Positions 40,587 to 51,626 of a stretch of 64,000 nt of DNA are shown in pieces. Every line of letters starts with the position of its first letter. Position 1 is the stretch's first letter. The translations under genes were made by a program, and so were the position numbers. The notes under the pieces were generated by a model that was not told the DNA's origin, searched no databases, and saw only the letters and a list, made by a program, of their open reading frames with translations. The stretch is from a bacterium (lineage in GTDB: Bacteria > UBA8248), in NCBI GenBank assembly GCA_965219955.1, contig OZ244799.1:2976001-3040000 (forward strand), in the 5' to 3' direction.

Positions 40587-41581
40587 CGCGACTGCCCCCG
40601 GGCCTGCCCGGCGGATGCGTCCGGCTGGAAAATGGAGAAATCATTCTGGTTCAAGGTCAATCGCGCCGAATTCACGGACACCGCCAGGATGAAAACGAGA
40701 CAGATGGCGAAAGAAGTGGTCATTCGGGCGTTCCCGCCCCGTCTGAGCGCGCGGAGCAGCAACTCGACCAGGGATACGGCGCATACGGCGCCGATGACGA
40801 GGAACGCAACGAAAGCCGAGCCGCCCGACGCCAGCATGCCGCCCAGGAAACCAGCCCCCCGGAATAAGAGCCAGGCTCCCGCCAATCCCGCCTGGATCAT
40901 CAGAAAGCACAAGGAGAACCTGGCGCCGAGACGAACCCACCGCGCGCCGCTCGATACCGAAGCGGAACTCTCCCACCTGAAAGCCTTCCCCCCCAGGAAC
41001 ATGAGGACGAGGCCCCCGGCCGAAAACGCCGAAAGATAGAAATGCGCCACGGGCCACCAGAAAGAGGAATACGCCCAGAAGCGCCGATCCCACCCCGCTT
41101 CCAAATCAAGCAGGTGTGGATTCATGCAAGAAAGCGCGAATACCCAGGCCACTCCGGCGCATAACGCCATCAGGACGCCCGCCGGAACCATCACCAGGTG
41201 GGCGAACCCGAATTTCAGGCCCCATGTCCAACTCCTCGAATGCGCGGAGGCGAGGACCCAGAAGACGAACAACATAAGCAACGAGGCGCCCAACGGGCGA
41301 ATCAACGCTGACACGGAGGTGAAAAAAACGGCCGGCTGCATCGTGGACGCCAGCAAGGAGAGCGCCGCCCCGATGACAAATACGGGAACGAGAGAAGCCA
41401 GGCACAGGCCCGAGAGGCTGCGTGCGAATTCCACGTCGTCGGCGTTGTTCTCCCGCCGGCCCCAGAACGCGAGATGCGCGGAAAACCACGGAAGCGAAAC
41501 ACTCACGCCCGCGCACAGCCACAAGACGGAACCCAGCAGAACAACGAGCCACTCGCTCGATTCGGGAGTCAATACGCTCAT
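40583..41581 (-). CDS. Multi-pass membrane protein, partner of the adjacent cytochrome c membrane protein
   Basis: About 8-9 TM segments; overlapping start/stop with both neighbours. Confidence 0.7.
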   Translation of the reverse strand: MSVLTPESSEWLVVLLGSVLWLCAGVSVSLPWFSAHLAFWGRRENNADDVEFARSLSGLCLASLVPVFVIGAALSLLASTMQPAVFFTSVSALIRPLGASLLMLFVFWVLASAHSRSWTWGLKFGFAHLVMVPAGVLMALCAGVAWVFALSCMNPHLLDLEAGWDRRFWAYSSFWWPVAHFYLSAFSAGGLVLMFLGGKAFRWESSASVSSGARWVRLGARFSLCFLMIQAGLAGAWLLFRGAGFLGGMLASGGSAFVAFLVIGAVCAVSLVELLLRALRRGGNARMTTSFAICLVFILAVSVNSARLTLNQNDFSIFQPDASAGQARGQSR

Positions 41582-43368
41582 GGCGAATTCTTCTCTTCCG
41601 CTTTTTTCGCGTCTTGCGAGTCGTCCGGCGGAGCCGAAGAAGCGGCGGAAACGCTTTTTCCGTCCGCCGGGCTTCCGGCGCCGGGCGCGGCGCTCAAAGG
41701 AGCGGGAGGCGCAGCGATTCCGCTTTTCTCCCCAAGCGGCGTTCCGGCTTCCGGTGCGCCTTCGGCGTCCTGCCCATCACCCGGCGGACTGGAAGAAACA
41801 GTGGAAAAGCCCGCTGCCTCTCCGGGTTTCCCAGCACCCGGCGCGGCGGCAGGCGAAGCGGGAGAACCGATGGCGCGGACCTCCTTCTCCGGCGCTTTGG
41901 CTTCTTGTGTCCTTTTGGGGGCTTGCGCCGCATCGGGGGACGGGAGAACAGGGACGGCGGCGCCCTTCTCCACCGTTTCCGGCTTGCCCGCTTCCGGGTT
42001 TTCAGGGCGTTTTTCCGCATCCCCGGGAGAGGTTGTCGAGACCATCGCCGAAGGAGCCGCCGGCTTATTCCCGGCGGGCGGTTCGGGGCGTGATGCGAGG
42101 GTTCGGCCCGATTTCGTGATCAGCGTTTCCAGATACGCCGCCAGCGCGCGGCGCTCCTCTGGCGCACCCGCCAAAAGAGGGTACGGGGGGTGTTTGGAAC
42201 GCATCTCCCCGAGAAACCGAAGCGCGTCTCCTTTGAGCCTGAATCGGGGGAGCCGGGCCGGGTCCTGCGGCTTCACCCAATCCGCATGGCAGGCCATACA
42301 CTGCGCGCGGAAGCCGAACGCGCCGAGTTCGGCCTGCGCGGGCACGGGCTCGCCCAGGTTCACGATATTCCACAAGCCCGTTCGATTCGAGTCCACCGCT
42401 TCTTCGATGATCATTCCGTTGCGGTACATATACCGGTGGATCTGGAAATGCCCCTTCGCCTCCACGTAGGCCCACCCGAACGCCGCCATGAGAAGTACAA
42501 CCAGCGCCGAAGCCGCTCCCGCATGCCGGCGGCCATGCGCTTCAGGAGCGCGGACGCCCCACCTGTACCCGATGCCCCCCAGGGCGGCCGTCGCCGCCAC
42601 CGCGGCCGCCACCAACCAGAACACCGGCTTCTGATTCGCGCTTTCCGGCAGGCTGATTCCCCACCATATCCATCCGGGAACGCCTACGGCGGCTCCCCCC
42701 GCCATCCACTTGCCCAGTTCATGCGCCAGGGCGGCGCGCCATGCGCCGTCCTCTCGGGCCGCGGCGTAGAGCAGGCCGAAAGCGCCGAAGGCCGATATCG
42801 AAACCGCCGCCCACGTCAGGAAGGCGGCGGGAAAGGCGGGATTCCAGAGAGCGTTCGAAAGAGCGGGCTCCGCCACCCACGCTCCCGTGTGCACCGAGAA
42901 GGCGCAGATCGAAACCAGAACGACCGCCGCACCCCAAAAGCCGATCGCCGAGATGAACCCCCACGCCGAATGAAGCCGGCTCTCATGGCGGTCTCTCCCC
43001 CATGAGGAAATATATCGGCCCGAACAACAAAGGCCTGCTGCGAAGAGCAACAAACCGAGCAGGGCGGGCGCCAGGAAAATCGAATGGAGTTGCTCCATCA
43101 TGCGGGGACGCTGGGCCATCATGACGACCCAAAGGGCAAGGCCCAGGGGACATGCCGCCCATGCCGCAAGAGCCCGCGTCGTCTTCGCGCACAATAGAGC
43201 GAGGCCGTCCCATCTGGGGTCCATGCTCCCAGAAGCGCGCGACCCGGCGATCAGGGTGAAAACCGAACCGCCGCAGACGCACGCGCCCGCCAGGGCGAAG
43301 AGAAAATAAAGCCCCGCCGCCAGGAGATGGTCGGAGAATGACAGCGCTTCCTGAAATGGAAATGGCAC
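41578..43368 (-). CDS. Multi-pass membrane protein with a c-type heme motif (CydA-like plus cytochrome c) and Pro/Ala-rich tail
   Basis: About 9 TM segments, YMYRNG, FRAQCMACH (CxxCH), low-complexity C-terminus. Confidence 0.7.
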   Translation of the reverse strand: MPFPFQEALSFSDHLLAAGLYFLFALAGACVCGGSVFTLIAGSRASGSMDPRWDGLALLCAKTTRALAAWAACPLGLALWVVMMAQRPRMMEQLHSIFLAPALLGLLLFAAGLCCSGRYISSWGRDRHESRLHSAWGFISAIGFWGAAVVLVSICAFSVHTGAWVAEPALSNALWNPAFPAAFLTWAAVSISAFGAFGLLYAAAREDGAWRAALAHELGKWMAGGAAVGVPGWIWWGISLPESANQKPVFWLVAAAVAATAALGGIGYRWGVRAPEAHGRRHAGAASALVVLLMAAFGWAYVEAKGHFQIHRYMYRNGMIIEEAVDSNRTGLWNIVNLGEPVPAQAELGAFGFRAQCMACHADWVKPQDPARLPRFRLKGDALRFLGEMRSKHPPYPLLAGAPEERRALAAYLETLITKSGRTLASRPEPPAGNKPAAPSAMVSTTSPGDAEKRPENPEAGKPETVEKGAAVPVLPSPDAAQAPKRTQEAKAPEKEVRAIGSPASPAAAPGAGKPGEAAGFSTVSSSPPGDGQDAEGAPEAGTPLGEKSGIAAPPAPLSAAPGAGSPADGKSVSAASSAPPDDSQDAKKAEEKNSP

Positions 43369-43438
43369 CGGAGTTACCTGCTCGAAATGATGAAAGACGC
43401 CTCGGAACCGAAACCGGAGAAGCCGATTCCGCCGATAC

Positions 43439-44557
43439 TTACACCTTTACCGCTTCGCGCGTCAGATATTTCTCCACCTTGTCCTCATCCAGGGCGACGC
43501 CCAGTCCGGGCGCGTCGGAAATCGCATGCCGACCCGCCCTCATGTCGACCGGAGAATCCACGACGTCGTCGAGCATCTTCTCGGGGCCGACGGACTCTAT
43601 CGCCGCCAGGAAAGCGTTCGAGGTCGCCGCCACGTGAATCTCGCCCAGCGTGTAGGGCGACAACCCGAACCCGTGGCCGATGACCAGCTTCATGCCGGCG
43701 GCCTCCGCCGTGCCGACCATGTCCCTGACGCGCAGGGGGCCGCCCTGCTTCATGATCTTGACCTTGACGATATCGGCGGCTTCGGCCCGGATGATCTCCA
43801 GCAGACTCTCCGGCCCGAACACGCACTCATCCGCCATGACGGGGATGTTGATGGAGCGGCGCACGCGGGCGAGCCCCTCGATGTCGGTTCTCGGAACGGG
43901 CTGCTCGAAGTGATGGATCTCCGCCCCCTCCACCTCGCGCGCGAGGGCGATGGCGTCTTCCACGTTCCCGTAGGACTCGTTCGCGTCGATCCGTATCTCG
44001 AAATCATCCCCCGTCGATTCCCGCACGGCCAGCACCCGCGCCGCGTCGGATTCCACGTCTCCCCCCGTCTTCACCTTGCAGGCCCGCCAGCCGCGCTCGT
44101 AAAAACCCCGCGCCTCGCGCCCCGCCTCATCGGGCGCCTTGATGCCGATCCAGGCGTTGAAGCGCACCTCGCGCTTCACGGCGCCGCCGAGCAGTTCATA
44201 CAGCGGGACGCTTAAGCATTTCGCATGGAGGTCCGCCATGGCGAGCGACAAGGCGCCCTTGCCGCCGTCGAAGCCGTCGCAGGCCTCATCCATCTTCTGC
44301 GTAATCTCGCGCGACGCCCGGGGGTTCGCGCCGATGAGCGCGGGCGCAAGCTTGCGCTCCACCGCGTCCGCAATATCGTCGCGGCTCAAGCCCGAATACC
44401 CCGCCACGGGTTCGACGTCGCCGATACCCGAGAAGCCGTCGTCCGAGGTCACCCGAACGACGACCGAGGGCTGGACGTTGTGGTTGTGGTTCGCGTTCTT
44501 GAAAAAATCCCGCATCGGCATGTCGACGCGGAACACCTCGATGGATTCGACTTTCAC
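43439..44557 (-). CDS. Mandelate racemase / muconate lactonizing enzyme family (enolase superfamily)
   Basis: PLYELLGG, KVK, IDAN, FEQP, ADE, KIMKQGG, PGLGV. Confidence 0.92.
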   Translation of the reverse strand: MKVESIEVFRVDMPMRDFFKNANHNHNVQPSVVVRVTSDDGFSGIGDVEPVAGYSGLSRDDIADAVERKLAPALIGANPRASREITQKMDEACDGFDGGKGALSLAMADLHAKCLSVPLYELLGGAVKREVRFNAWIGIKAPDEAGREARGFYERGWRACKVKTGGDVESDAARVLAVRESTGDDFEIRIDANESYGNVEDAIALAREVEGAEIHHFEQPVPRTDIEGLARVRRSINIPVMADECVFGPESLLEIIRAEAADIVKVKIMKQGGPLRVRDMVGTAEAAGMKLVIGHGFGLSPYTLGEIHVAATSNAFLAAIESVGPEKMLDDVVDSPVDMRAGRHAISDAPGLGVALDEDKVEKYLTREAVKV

Positions 44558-44669
44558 GGCAATCCCCCTCTATTCATTCAAAACGGCCCGAAACCCGGCG
44601 AAATGGATTGTACGCTTCCGTTGACGACTTCTTTTTCCCGCTCGGGGGTTTCTCGTTCTCCCCTTGAAG

Positions 44670-44835
44670 GGGGTTGTTGAAAAAGCCTCATCAATCGGGC
44701 TCGACACGTAGGGGCGGGCCTCCGTGCCCGCCCGTATAGGGAATGTCTACCCCCGTAGTTTCCTCGGACAGGCACGGAGGCCTGTCCCTACGGCGAACAA
44801 TCTGGAAGGGCGGACAGGGCCTTTTCAACAACCCC
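44670..44835. mobile_element. 166-bp MITE with IS1182-type ends carrying a GTAG-REP pair
   Basis: GGGGTTGTTGAAAA ... TTTTCAACAACCCC flanked by direct repeat TTGAAG. Confidence 0.85.
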
Positions 44836-44914
44836 TTGAAGGGAAGTGATCACGTCATTCCCCTCCCCATCCGGAGGCTGAAACCCGCTGTCGAGTCACG
44901 CCCTTACGAAACCC

Positions 44915-47900
44915 CTACCCCGCTTCCGCCACGGCCTCTCTTACGCGCTGTCTTAACACATCATCGACGGGGCGGGAAACGTCCACGCCCGGACGCAGAA
45001 AGGAAAACACGAGTTCACCCGCTTCGAGACCCGTCGCCGCCTCCAGCCCCATGACGTAGGCGGCTCCCTGGTTCTCATAAAACGAGACCCTATCCTCCGC
45101 TTCGCCCGCCGCGACGTTATCCGTCTTGAAGTCCACGACCACGAGCTTGTCCCCTTCTTCGAACACCAGGTCGATGGCCCCCCGGATCACCCTGCCCTCC
45201 GACTCGAACACGAAGGGAAGCTCCCGCCGGCGCTTCGATGCCGCCGCCGCGCGCGCCAGAATCCTCCCCGTCCCCATCGAGTCCCGAATCAACCCCATGG
45301 CGTGCTCCACGTCCTCGGGGTCCAGGCCGAACGTGCGGGCATAAGTGACGCCCTCTCCCCGCAAACTCTCCAGGCGTTCGGTCTCGGGCGGCTCGAGCCG
45401 CGCGAGGATCGCATGCACCAGGTTCCCGAACGCCATGCCTCCCGCGTGAACCTCGATGTCCTCGGGCGCATCCTCATCGTCAAGCGTCCATGAGGCGACA
45501 GGCTCCTCCTCGTCGAATCCTTTCACGAGACCGCTGGGAGCCAGGGGCTTTCTCGTCTCGACCGGCTTCTTCAGCCGCTTCAGTTTCTCGTCGATGGCGG
45601 CGCGCCGGTCGAGGACGCCCGCCGAGCCCCCGTTCACCGGGCGGAACACGTCGTCGCGAAGGCGGAGAATGGGCTCGGGTTCCCCGGGTGCTTGCGGCGA
45701 CACTTCGAGTACCGAAGCGGACGCCGCCTGAACCACCTCGTCCATCACATCATTCGTCTTCCGCTCGATTTCTTCTTTCTTTTTCCTGATCTCCTGCTCG
45801 ATTGCCTTCTCGTCCGGTTCCGCACCTCTCATCTTCTTTCTCATCTCGTCTCTCACCGCATCCTTCACGAACGAGCGAAAACCCGATTCCGGCCAGAGCA
45901 GACAGTCCCGCGCCCGCGTCGCGCCCACGTACCATAGGCGTTTGATTTCCGCCTCCCGAAACCTTTTTTCGCGTTCGAGCGCACTCACATAGCCTGCCGA
46001 ATCCAGTAGTCGGGGTCTGGAACCCAGACGCAACTCGACTGCTTCGTTTCTTCTCTCATGATTCGCGATCCGCGCCTCGGAACCCCCGGCGCCCCGCCCC
46101 TCCATATCGGCGAGGGCGACCACGGGGAATTCCAGCCCCTTGGCCTGGTGGACGCTCATGAACTTCACCGCCTCGGCTCCCCGATCGTCCAGAAACGCCT
46201 CGGGCTCCCCCGCGTCGCGCCCCAGGTCGTATTGCGCCTCCAGATGCGCGGCGAACGCATCCACGCCCCGCCTCCCGTTCCCGGCGAATTCATGCGCCAT
46301 ATCGAGGAGTTTCAGGAGATTGGCGACGCGCTGCTCCCCTTCTGAGGACGCCAGGAACAACTCGAACGCCCCCGTGCGGCGGTATATCTCCTCCAGAAGG
46401 GCGCGCGCGCTCGAATCCCTCTTCATGCCGTGGAGGAGACGGATTTCGCGTACCGCTTCTCGCAACTCCCTGGGCGGTTCTCCCGTTTTCAGGAACCAGC
46501 AGGCCAGTTCTACGTCCGAAAAGCCGTACAGGGGAGAGCGCAGGGCGGCGGCAAGCGCCAGCGGATCGCCGGGCCGCGCGACGGCGGACAATACCGATAC
46601 GACCGCGCCGACCTCGAACTTTTCGTAAAACCCGTTTCCCCCGTCGGTGACGAAAGGGATCCCCGCGCCACGGAACGCTTCCTCGAACCGGGCGTAGCCC
46701 GTGCGCGCGCGGAACAGGACGGCGACGTCCCCGTAACCGACGGGGCGGCGCGCGTTTTCTTCTTTATCGTGAATCTCTACTTTCCTCTCCACCAGTTCGC
46801 GGACCGCGGCGGCGAGGCGGGCGGCCTCGGCCTTGCGCCTCTCCTCCTCGTTCATCCTGCCGCCGTCCCCGGGGTCGTCTCCGTCTTCTTTCCGCTTGAA
46901 CAGGAATACGGCCGGGCCTTCGGATTCGCGGTGCGCCATGAGTTCGACGTATTCGGGCTGAATGTCGGGGTTTTCGGGATCGTCGACGATGACGCGCGAG
47001 AACGCCTCGTTCACGAAATCGACCACGCCCGGCGTGCTGCGGAAGTTTTCCGTGATATGCAGCAGGCGGCCATTCGGGAGAGCCTCAATCATCTCCCTCA
47101 CTTCGTGATAAATGGCGATGTCCGCCCGGCGGAAGCGGTAGATGGACTGCTTGGGATCGCCCACCAGGAAAAGGCCGGCGTCTTCCAACAGCGCCTCGCG
47201 CCAGTCGGCGGCGTCCCCCTCACCCGCGAGCAGGAATATCAACTCCACTTGCAAGGGATCGGTATCCTGAAACTCATCGACCAGATAATGTTTGATGCTC
47301 CCGCGGATTCTCCCGCGCACGGAGGCGTTTTCCCGGACGAGCTTCGCCGCCAGGAAGAGCATGTCCTGATAGGACAACAGCCCCGCTTCGCGCAGATCCC
47401 GCTCGAAGGACTCGACGAAACCCCGGACGAGGGGAACCAGACCGGCGAGCATCTCGTGGGAGACCGTCGCGGCGCTTTTCTCCATGAACCGATCATACCC
47501 GCTGCGGAAGAGCCTGAGGGTCGCTCTCCCCTCATCGGTGGAATCTCCCCAATTTTTCGCCGAACCCACACGCTTGTTCAGCCTGAAGCCGGGATTCCAG
47601 AACTCGCGCAGCAGTTCCGTCTTCGATAACCCCGAGAGGACCTCCAGCCAGCTCTCGGCTTCTCCGAGTTGTTGAAGCGCCTTGTCCTCTTCATCACTGC
47701 AATGACGCTCCCCGAAGTCCGCCCAGGCCTCGAACGCCTCCTGGATGCACGCATGGATTTCATCGGGAGACGCGCCTTTTGCCCGAGGGAAATGTTCCCT
47801 CAGTTCCGGCAGGTCGAGCAGGGCGTCGCGGATTCTCTCCAGATCGGTTGCCGAAAAACCGAGTTCCAGGAAATCGCGCAATCGCGCATCGTCTCCGTCC

Positions 47901-48352
47901 AGCGTTTGCGCCAGCCAGTCGCGCCAGGCCGCGTCGCGCCGCGCCTCGCGTTCGACCTTATCCACCTCGCCCACGTCGGGCCGAAGCCCCGCCTCCACGG
48001 AGAACGCCCGCAGGATATCGAGCGCGAAGCCGTGGATGGTGGAGATGCGCGCGGATTCGAGGTTATCCAGGGCGTCCTGCAGGCGCGCTCTCGCCTCGTC
48101 GTCGTCTTCTTGCTCGACCGCCGAGAGAATTTCACTGCGAATCCTGTCCTTGAGCTCCGCCGTCGCCTTGCGCGTGAAGGTGATGGCGGCCATCTCATCC
48201 AAGCCCACGCCCTCGTTCCGAATCAGATGCAGGATTCTTTCCACGAGCAGGGTGGTCTTGCCCGTGCCCGCGGCCGCCTCGACCAGAACGGGGCCTCGCG
48301 TCCAGGTCGCGGCCTCGCACCTTTGTTCCTGATCACGCGGCTGCGCGCTCAT
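44915..48352 (-). CDS. addA: UvrD-family helicase/nuclease, AddA-like
   Basis: AAAGTGKT, ITFT, STIH, VDEFQDT, VGDPKQSIYRFR, NFRS, HQAKGLEFP, YVGATRA, C-terminal IDLV..VVDFKT. Confidence 0.85.
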   Translation of the reverse strand: MSAQPRDQEQRCEAATWTRGPVLVEAAAGTGKTTLLVERILHLIRNEGVGLDEMAAITFTRKATAELKDRIRSEILSAVEQEDDDEARARLQDALDNLESARISTIHGFALDILRAFSVEAGLRPDVGEVDKVEREARRDAAWRDWLAQTLDGDDARLRDFLELGFSATDLERIRDALLDLPELREHFPRAKGASPDEIHACIQEAFEAWADFGERHCSDEEDKALQQLGEAESWLEVLSGLSKTELLREFWNPGFRLNKRVGSAKNWGDSTDEGRATLRLFRSGYDRFMEKSAATVSHEMLAGLVPLVRGFVESFERDLREAGLLSYQDMLFLAAKLVRENASVRGRIRGSIKHYLVDEFQDTDPLQVELIFLLAGEGDAADWREALLEDAGLFLVGDPKQSIYRFRRADIAIYHEVREMIEALPNGRLLHITENFRSTPGVVDFVNEAFSRVIVDDPENPDIQPEYVELMAHRESEGPAVFLFKRKEDGDDPGDGGRMNEEERRKAEAARLAAAVRELVERKVEIHDKEENARRPVGYGDVAVLFRARTGYARFEEAFRGAGIPFVTDGGNGFYEKFEVGAVVSVLSAVARPGDPLALAAALRSPLYGFSDVELACWFLKTGEPPRELREAVREIRLLHGMKRDSSARALLEEIYRRTGAFELFLASSEGEQRVANLLKLLDMAHEFAGNGRRGVDAFAAHLEAQYDLGRDAGEPEAFLDDRGAEAVKFMSVHQAKGLEFPVVALADMEGRGAGGSEARIANHERRNEAVELRLGSRPRLLDSAGYVSALEREKRFREAEIKRLWYVGATRARDCLLWPESGFRSFVKDAVRDEMRKKMRGAEPDEKAIEQEIRKKKEEIERKTNDVMDEVVQAASASVLEVSPQAPGEPEPILRLRDDVFRPVNGGSAGVLDRRAAIDEKLKRLKKPVETRKPLAPSGLVKGFDEEEPVASWTLDDEDAPEDIEVHAGGMAFGNLVHAILARLEPPETERLESLRGEGVTYARTFGLDPEDVEHAMGLIRDSMGTGRILARAAAASKRRRELPFVFESEGRVIRGAIDLVFEEGDKLVVVDFKTDNVAAGEAEDRVSFYENQGAAYVMGLEAATGLEAGELVFSFLRPGVDVSRPVDDVLRQRVREAVAEAG

Positions 48353-51300
48353 ACGGCCCTCTCCCGCAACACGCGAAGCTCGCTCATCCGCGAATCTCCC
48401 TCTTTCCGCGACGCGCGCTCGGCCCTGTCGGGCCCGCAGAGGAGCTTGTAGTCGCAGTACTTGCACCCATCAGCAGAGGGCGTCGGGAAAAAGCGCCCCT
48501 CCCCGGCCGAGGCGAGGAAATAGTCCAAAAGCGCATCCACGTCCGCCATGCGCTCCTCGACTTCTTCACAAGACCGCGCGCGCTCTTCCACGCCCTCCTC
48601 CTCGGTGACGTAGACGTATGCGCCGCTCACCCGGGCGTCCTCCGGCAAGGCGCCCGCCCGCGCGCGCAGACCCCGCGCGTAGAGATGAAGCTGGAGGCTC
48701 TCGCCGCCATCGAGAATTTTTCCCTTGGCCGGGATCGAGCTCTTGCTCCCTCTCGTCTTGAAATCGACGACGCGGTATTCCCCCGCCGCGTCTCGATCGA
48801 GCAGGTCCATCCGCCCGCTCAGGAGGAGTTCCCCCGACTCCAGCGCTATCCGCATTGGCTCCGAACCCCGGCCCCCGAACCTCTCCTCGACCATTACCGG
48901 GAGCCGGCCCGATGCGTCCGCGCGCATCAGTTCCAGATAGCCCCGCAAGCGCCGGTAGAGCGCGCCTTCGAGCACCGCCCAGGGCAGCACGGGCAGGGGC
49001 GGCGACTCGGCCTTTTCCGCCTCCTCGGCCATCGCCTTTCGGATCGCATCGCGAAGCGCCTCCTGCGCCGTCGATTCACCCAACGCGTGAAGCGGCCTGT
49101 TCTCATCCCTCAGCCAAAGGTGAAAGCGTTCGAGAATCCGGTGCGTCAATTCTCCCCGGCTCATCCCGTCCAGGGTGAAAGGCGGGAGGGGCTCTTCGCG
49201 CTTCTCCATGCGCGGGTGCAGGCGCTTGTTGATGAAGCGATACGGACACCCGAAGAATACCTCCACCGCAGTGACCCCGAGCGGACGCCCGGAAGAGTGA
49301 ATCCTCGCCCCGATGAACTCCCGCAAATCGCGAGCCGTGAGCATCCCGTCGTGCGCAGTCAACTCATCCTTCCGCCATCGCTCGCTCAGGGCGGCCCGCC
49401 TCCTGAGGAACCCCGGAAAATCGTTCATCCAGGAGAGGCCGCCCGCCTCGGGCCGGCCGATCTGCTCCGCCATCTGCGCCAGGCCGTACTCGCGCAGGTG
49501 AGCGGGATTCCCGGCAACGGTCTCGGCACACAGCGTCGCGGCGGCGGTGCGGCTGCGCGAGCGCGCGAAAAGCCCCCACGCGCCGTCTCTCTCCTCATCC
49601 AGGGCGTCCGCCAGATAACGGCAGAACATGCTCGGGAAAGACGCCGCATTCTCCCTCGGCGCATCGTCCGCGCTCGTCGCCGTGAGGATGAGGCGCTCGC
49701 GCGCCGACTGGAGGATCGTCCACAACTGGAAACGCGCTTCGCTCTCGCGCGATTTCTTGAGCGGAAGCGCGATCTCTTTATCCGGGAAGGCCTCCTGCGC
49801 CGCGCGGTTCAACGCCTCGCGGGCCGAATCGGGCAGGAGCGGGTCTTCGCTCCCTGCGGGCGGGAACAGGCCCTCGCCCAGGCCTGCGAGGGCGACGAAG
49901 CCGAAGGAAAGGCCGCGCGCGCTCTGGATGGAGGAGAGACTCGCCAGGTGGCCTCCTTCCGGTTCGTTCCTGCTCAAAGCGCTCTTCTCGAAAAAGCGTT
50001 CGCAAAGATCGTGGAACCGATCCAGCGTGATTTCCCCGGTAATATCGTCCAAATCCGCCAAGGAGGAGACCGCATCCTTCACCAGATCAAAGTCGCTCAA
50101 GCCGCTCGTCGTCTCCGAGAAAGCCTCAAGAGCGGACTCGACGAAAACCGAGGGCTGCCCTTGTTCCGGAATTTTTTCCATGAGCGCGAAAACGTCCCCC
50201 ATCGACATGGCGAGGGAATGAGCGGCGGGGCGCTCCTCGTCCTGCTCTCTCATTTTCTCCAGTGCGTCATCGAGCGCCGCGAGCCAGGCGTCGTGATCTT
50301 TCAGGTAGGGCAGGTTTCTCGAGAAATACTCCCATCCGGACGCGAGGGCGGGGTCATCGGCAATGTCTTCAAATTCGTATTGCCTCGCCAGTTCCCGGAA
50401 CATCAGCGAAGCCGTGAAGCCTCCCTCATCCAGAAAGCGCATCAACCCGGCGCGCGGGTAGCCTTCCAGCGGCAGGCGGAGCATGAGGAGGAACAAGCGG
50501 GCGGCGGGCGCATCGGACAAGGGAGTTCTTTCTTCCGCCCGGCAGGGAATCTCCAGGGTGTGGAACGTCTCCTCGAGCAGATCCTGATAGCCCTCCCGCG
50601 CGGTCATCAGGACGCATATTTCGTCATCGCCCCCGAAATCCTCCCGCGCCCGCAGAATCTCCCGGCATGCCTCCCACGCCTCGCGGCCCCTCGTGGGAGC
50701 CGCCACGACGCGCAGGGCGTCCGCCGCCACAGGCTCCGCATACGCCTCATCGCGCGAGAAGAGCGCCCCCGCGAGACCCGAGAGCGGCCTCGGCTCGACC
50801 GGCCCGGCTTCTTCGCGCTGAAAATTCATCCCCTCGAACCAGTCGATGAAAGGCTGCGCGTGCGCGCACGCAGGCGCATCCGGCTGCGCGGGCACGAGGG
50901 CCTGTGCTTCCGCCTCGCGGCAGACGGCCGCCGTCAGCCTGCGCTGAAGCGCGTTCATCTCGGCGAAGCCGTAGAAGACGGTAGGTACGCGCGGGGGTTC
51001 GGCTTCCGCCCTCTCGCACGCGGTCAGAAACAGCGAGGAGCGGTCATAATACTCCCGCTCGCGCATCGAGCTCCGGAAACGCTCGGCCAGAAGCGCCAGA
51101 TCGCGGAGGCGCGCCGCATCGGGGCCCGAAATCTTCCCGGAAAGTTCCCTCAAGACTTCGGGCGAGAGGTTCGCCTCGGCGAGGTCGGTGAGCGTCGCGC
51201 AGAGGCTCTCGCCGTATCCTCTCGCAGCGGTCTTGAAAAAGGCGAACTCCCGCTGCGCGCGCTCGAACGTCTTCTCGGCCAGTACCTCGGCCAAGGCCGG

Positions 51301-51576
51301 GTGAGGCTGCGTGAATCCCGCCAGGGCGCGCCCGGGTTCCGCGACTTCGCGCGCCAGGTCGATCATGCTCAGAACCTCCACGCCGGCGAAGCCGCCCGCG
51401 CGCGCGAGCACGCCCTGGACGTGATCGCGCAGCCGGTTCGAGATGACGACGACGCGCCTGTACGCCAGCGGGTCTCCCCCGCCCAGGCCGCGCACGCGCG
51501 GCGCGAGGGATGATTCGAGATGGTGGAAAGGAGCGGTCACCAAGATTTTGGGGGCCTGCGCCATGGGGAGTTCCAT
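48349..51576 (-). CDS. addB: AddB-like inactivated helicase with PD-(D/E)XK nuclease and Fe-S cysteines
   Basis: CPYRF, GRMDLLD..VVDFKT, LQL.LY, CKYCDYKLLC; coupled to addA. Confidence 0.8.
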   Translation of the reverse strand: MELPMAQAPKILVTAPFHHLESSLAPRVRGLGGGDPLAYRRVVVISNRLRDHVQGVLARAGGFAGVEVLSMIDLAREVAEPGRALAGFTQPHPALAEVLAEKTFERAQREFAFFKTAARGYGESLCATLTDLAEANLSPEVLRELSGKISGPDAARLRDLALLAERFRSSMREREYYDRSSLFLTACERAEAEPPRVPTVFYGFAEMNALQRRLTAAVCREAEAQALVPAQPDAPACAHAQPFIDWFEGMNFQREEAGPVEPRPLSGLAGALFSRDEAYAEPVAADALRVVAAPTRGREAWEACREILRAREDFGGDDEICVLMTAREGYQDLLEETFHTLEIPCRAEERTPLSDAPAARLFLLMLRLPLEGYPRAGLMRFLDEGGFTASLMFRELARQYEFEDIADDPALASGWEYFSRNLPYLKDHDAWLAALDDALEKMREQDEERPAAHSLAMSMGDVFALMEKIPEQGQPSVFVESALEAFSETTSGLSDFDLVKDAVSSLADLDDITGEITLDRFHDLCERFFEKSALSRNEPEGGHLASLSSIQSARGLSFGFVALAGLGEGLFPPAGSEDPLLPDSAREALNRAAQEAFPDKEIALPLKKSRESEARFQLWTILQSARERLILTATSADDAPRENAASFPSMFCRYLADALDEERDGAWGLFARSRSRTAAATLCAETVAGNPAHLREYGLAQMAEQIGRPEAGGLSWMNDFPGFLRRRAALSERWRKDELTAHDGMLTARDLREFIGARIHSSGRPLGVTAVEVFFGCPYRFINKRLHPRMEKREEPLPPFTLDGMSRGELTHRILERFHLWLRDENRPLHALGESTAQEALRDAIRKAMAEEAEKAESPPLPVLPWAVLEGALYRRLRGYLELMRADASGRLPVMVEERFGGRGSEPMRIALESGELLLSGRMDLLDRDAAGEYRVVDFKTRGSKSSIPAKGKILDGGESLQLHLYARGLRARAGALPEDARVSGAYVYVTEEEGVEERARSCEEVEERMADVDALLDYFLASAGEGRFFPTPSADGCKYCDYKLLCGPDRAERASRKEGDSRMSELRVLRERAV

Positions 51577-51626
51577 ATCAACGGCGGCGGGCGGTTTCGC
51601 CGGATGAAGAAAATCCGAACGTTCGA

